DNA of 64,000 bases from Catajapyx aquilonaris (lineage: Eukaryota), in the NCBI GenBank assembly GCA_000934665.2, contig KZ538007.1:1-64000 (forward strand), in the 5' to 3' direction. Shown in pieces: positions 62,864 to 64,000 of the stretch. The first letter of the stretch is position 1. Each line of letters starts with the position of its first letter. Position numbers and translations under genes: made by a program. The notes under the pieces are model-generated. The model was not told the origin of the DNA, made no database searches, and saw only the letters and a list, made by a program, of their open reading frames with translations.

Positions 62864-64000
62864 CCCCCCCCCCCCCGACCCAAACAGAAAGAGGGAGAGT
62901 ATGGCTAGAAATAAAAAAGAAGGGGGTGAGGGTAGGGTGGGCTTTGCTAGAGAGTCGGATCTCTCCCCACAGTTCTCCATCTTGGGAGAACATTGGAATG
63001 GTTCCCAGCAGTCTAGTTACTGTATATTCCGAGCACAGAAGGTGAGAGTATATAAGTTGGTGGGCAAGGGAGCAGGAGGGCAAAGTATCTTTCCCCGGAT
63101 AGGAAGTGGCCTGAGGCTTGCCAAGTAATTGAAAGAAGTGATTCTGGCCGGAACTTTCCTCTCAAGAATCGTGCGGCCTGCCAGAAAAGGAGAGTGCTTC
63201 GATTCACACTTGCACAATTGCAATTCCACACGGAATCGGGACGTGTGAGCAGCATTGGCACAAGTGCGTTTATTCTTCGCCCTTTGCACGCCCCTGCTTC
63301 TTTTTTTTCTGTCCCTCTTGCGGGACATGGTTGCAGGTTGGGGTTGCGGAATTGTCGTAGATTTATGTGTTGGCATGGGCTGTGACTGCTTTGAATTGCA
63401 TCAGAAATGTACTGCATAGTGTGCAGGTGAGCAGAAGCTGCTGTCAACCCCTACCGTGCAGCTGAACCGGATTTCAGAGTTGAGGTATTATGATGCGATG
63501 GAGATACACTTATGATTTAATTATAATTTAATATTATTTCATGTATACTCGAATTTAGGTTAATTATTTTATGATTAATTTTTAAAATTTACGCTTCAAT
63601 AATTATTTGATATTATCAAGTAATTTTTTTATTTTATTTTGCTTAGCATAATACTGTAGGCTACGTGTAAACATCACTTATGAACAAAGTTCCTGAAATC
63701 ATTCTCAATAATATTTCACCTAATACTGTCAACGATGTTTGCTTGCATGTCCGCTGGAAGTTACCTCGCTCCCCACTGGGTGCGCCACCTCTCTGACTAC
63801 ATCCATGCTTAGCCCCCCTCCCCACACACCTTCCACTACCTTCCGCTAGAGGGTGCTCCACACGCTGCCAGGTGGCGCTCACGTACAGTTACTGCTCGCT
63901 ACGGGTACTCTTACCGCGGGCTTGTTATCTAATAAAAAGTGGATGGTTGGCTTGTTGGTTGCGTCTAAGGCTATCATTCTGGCATTCGTGTGATGGGTTT

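Larger units (their letters stand above)
14994..64000 (+). other. Very long intron (>49 kb, runs off the window)
   Basis: GT donor at 14994. No downstream exon encoding the AP-2 FQPPYFPPP motif or the basic/helix-span-helix domain was found in the ORF track or by eye. Small or alternative exons could be missed. Confidence 0.65.

Overview
This is eukaryotic, most likely arthropod (insect-like), genomic DNA, and it is almost entirely non-coding. The only credible host coding sequence is a 186-nt first coding exon (14808-14993, +) ending at a CAG|GTAAGG donor. Its LDIQEHIQRCPCTCDHMGYGNYLDYQLQ motif matches, from memory, the N-terminus of insect transcription factor AP-2 (TfAP-2). About 14 kb of upstream DNA with a CpG-rich promoter/5'UTR precedes it. 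An intron of more than 49 kb follows, with no further AP-2 exon recognisable in the window. The most interesting signal is a candidate recursive splice site (ratchet point) 41.5 kb into that intron: polypyrimidine-CAG|GTAAGA at 56497/56498, then a 58-nt stop-containing cryptic exon closed by AAG|GTAAGT. The window also holds many short non-autonomous transposons with readable TIRs/TSDs: Harbinger (one with a MADF relic), hAT, Tc1/pogo, Kolobok-like, tRNA-SINEs and RTE LINE 3' ends. Other items are a 31-bp-period palindromic repeat array, two isolated hairpins, microsatellites and a 90-N gap. Almost all ORFs in the supplied track are spurious. No searches were run, so family and gene names are from recognition only.
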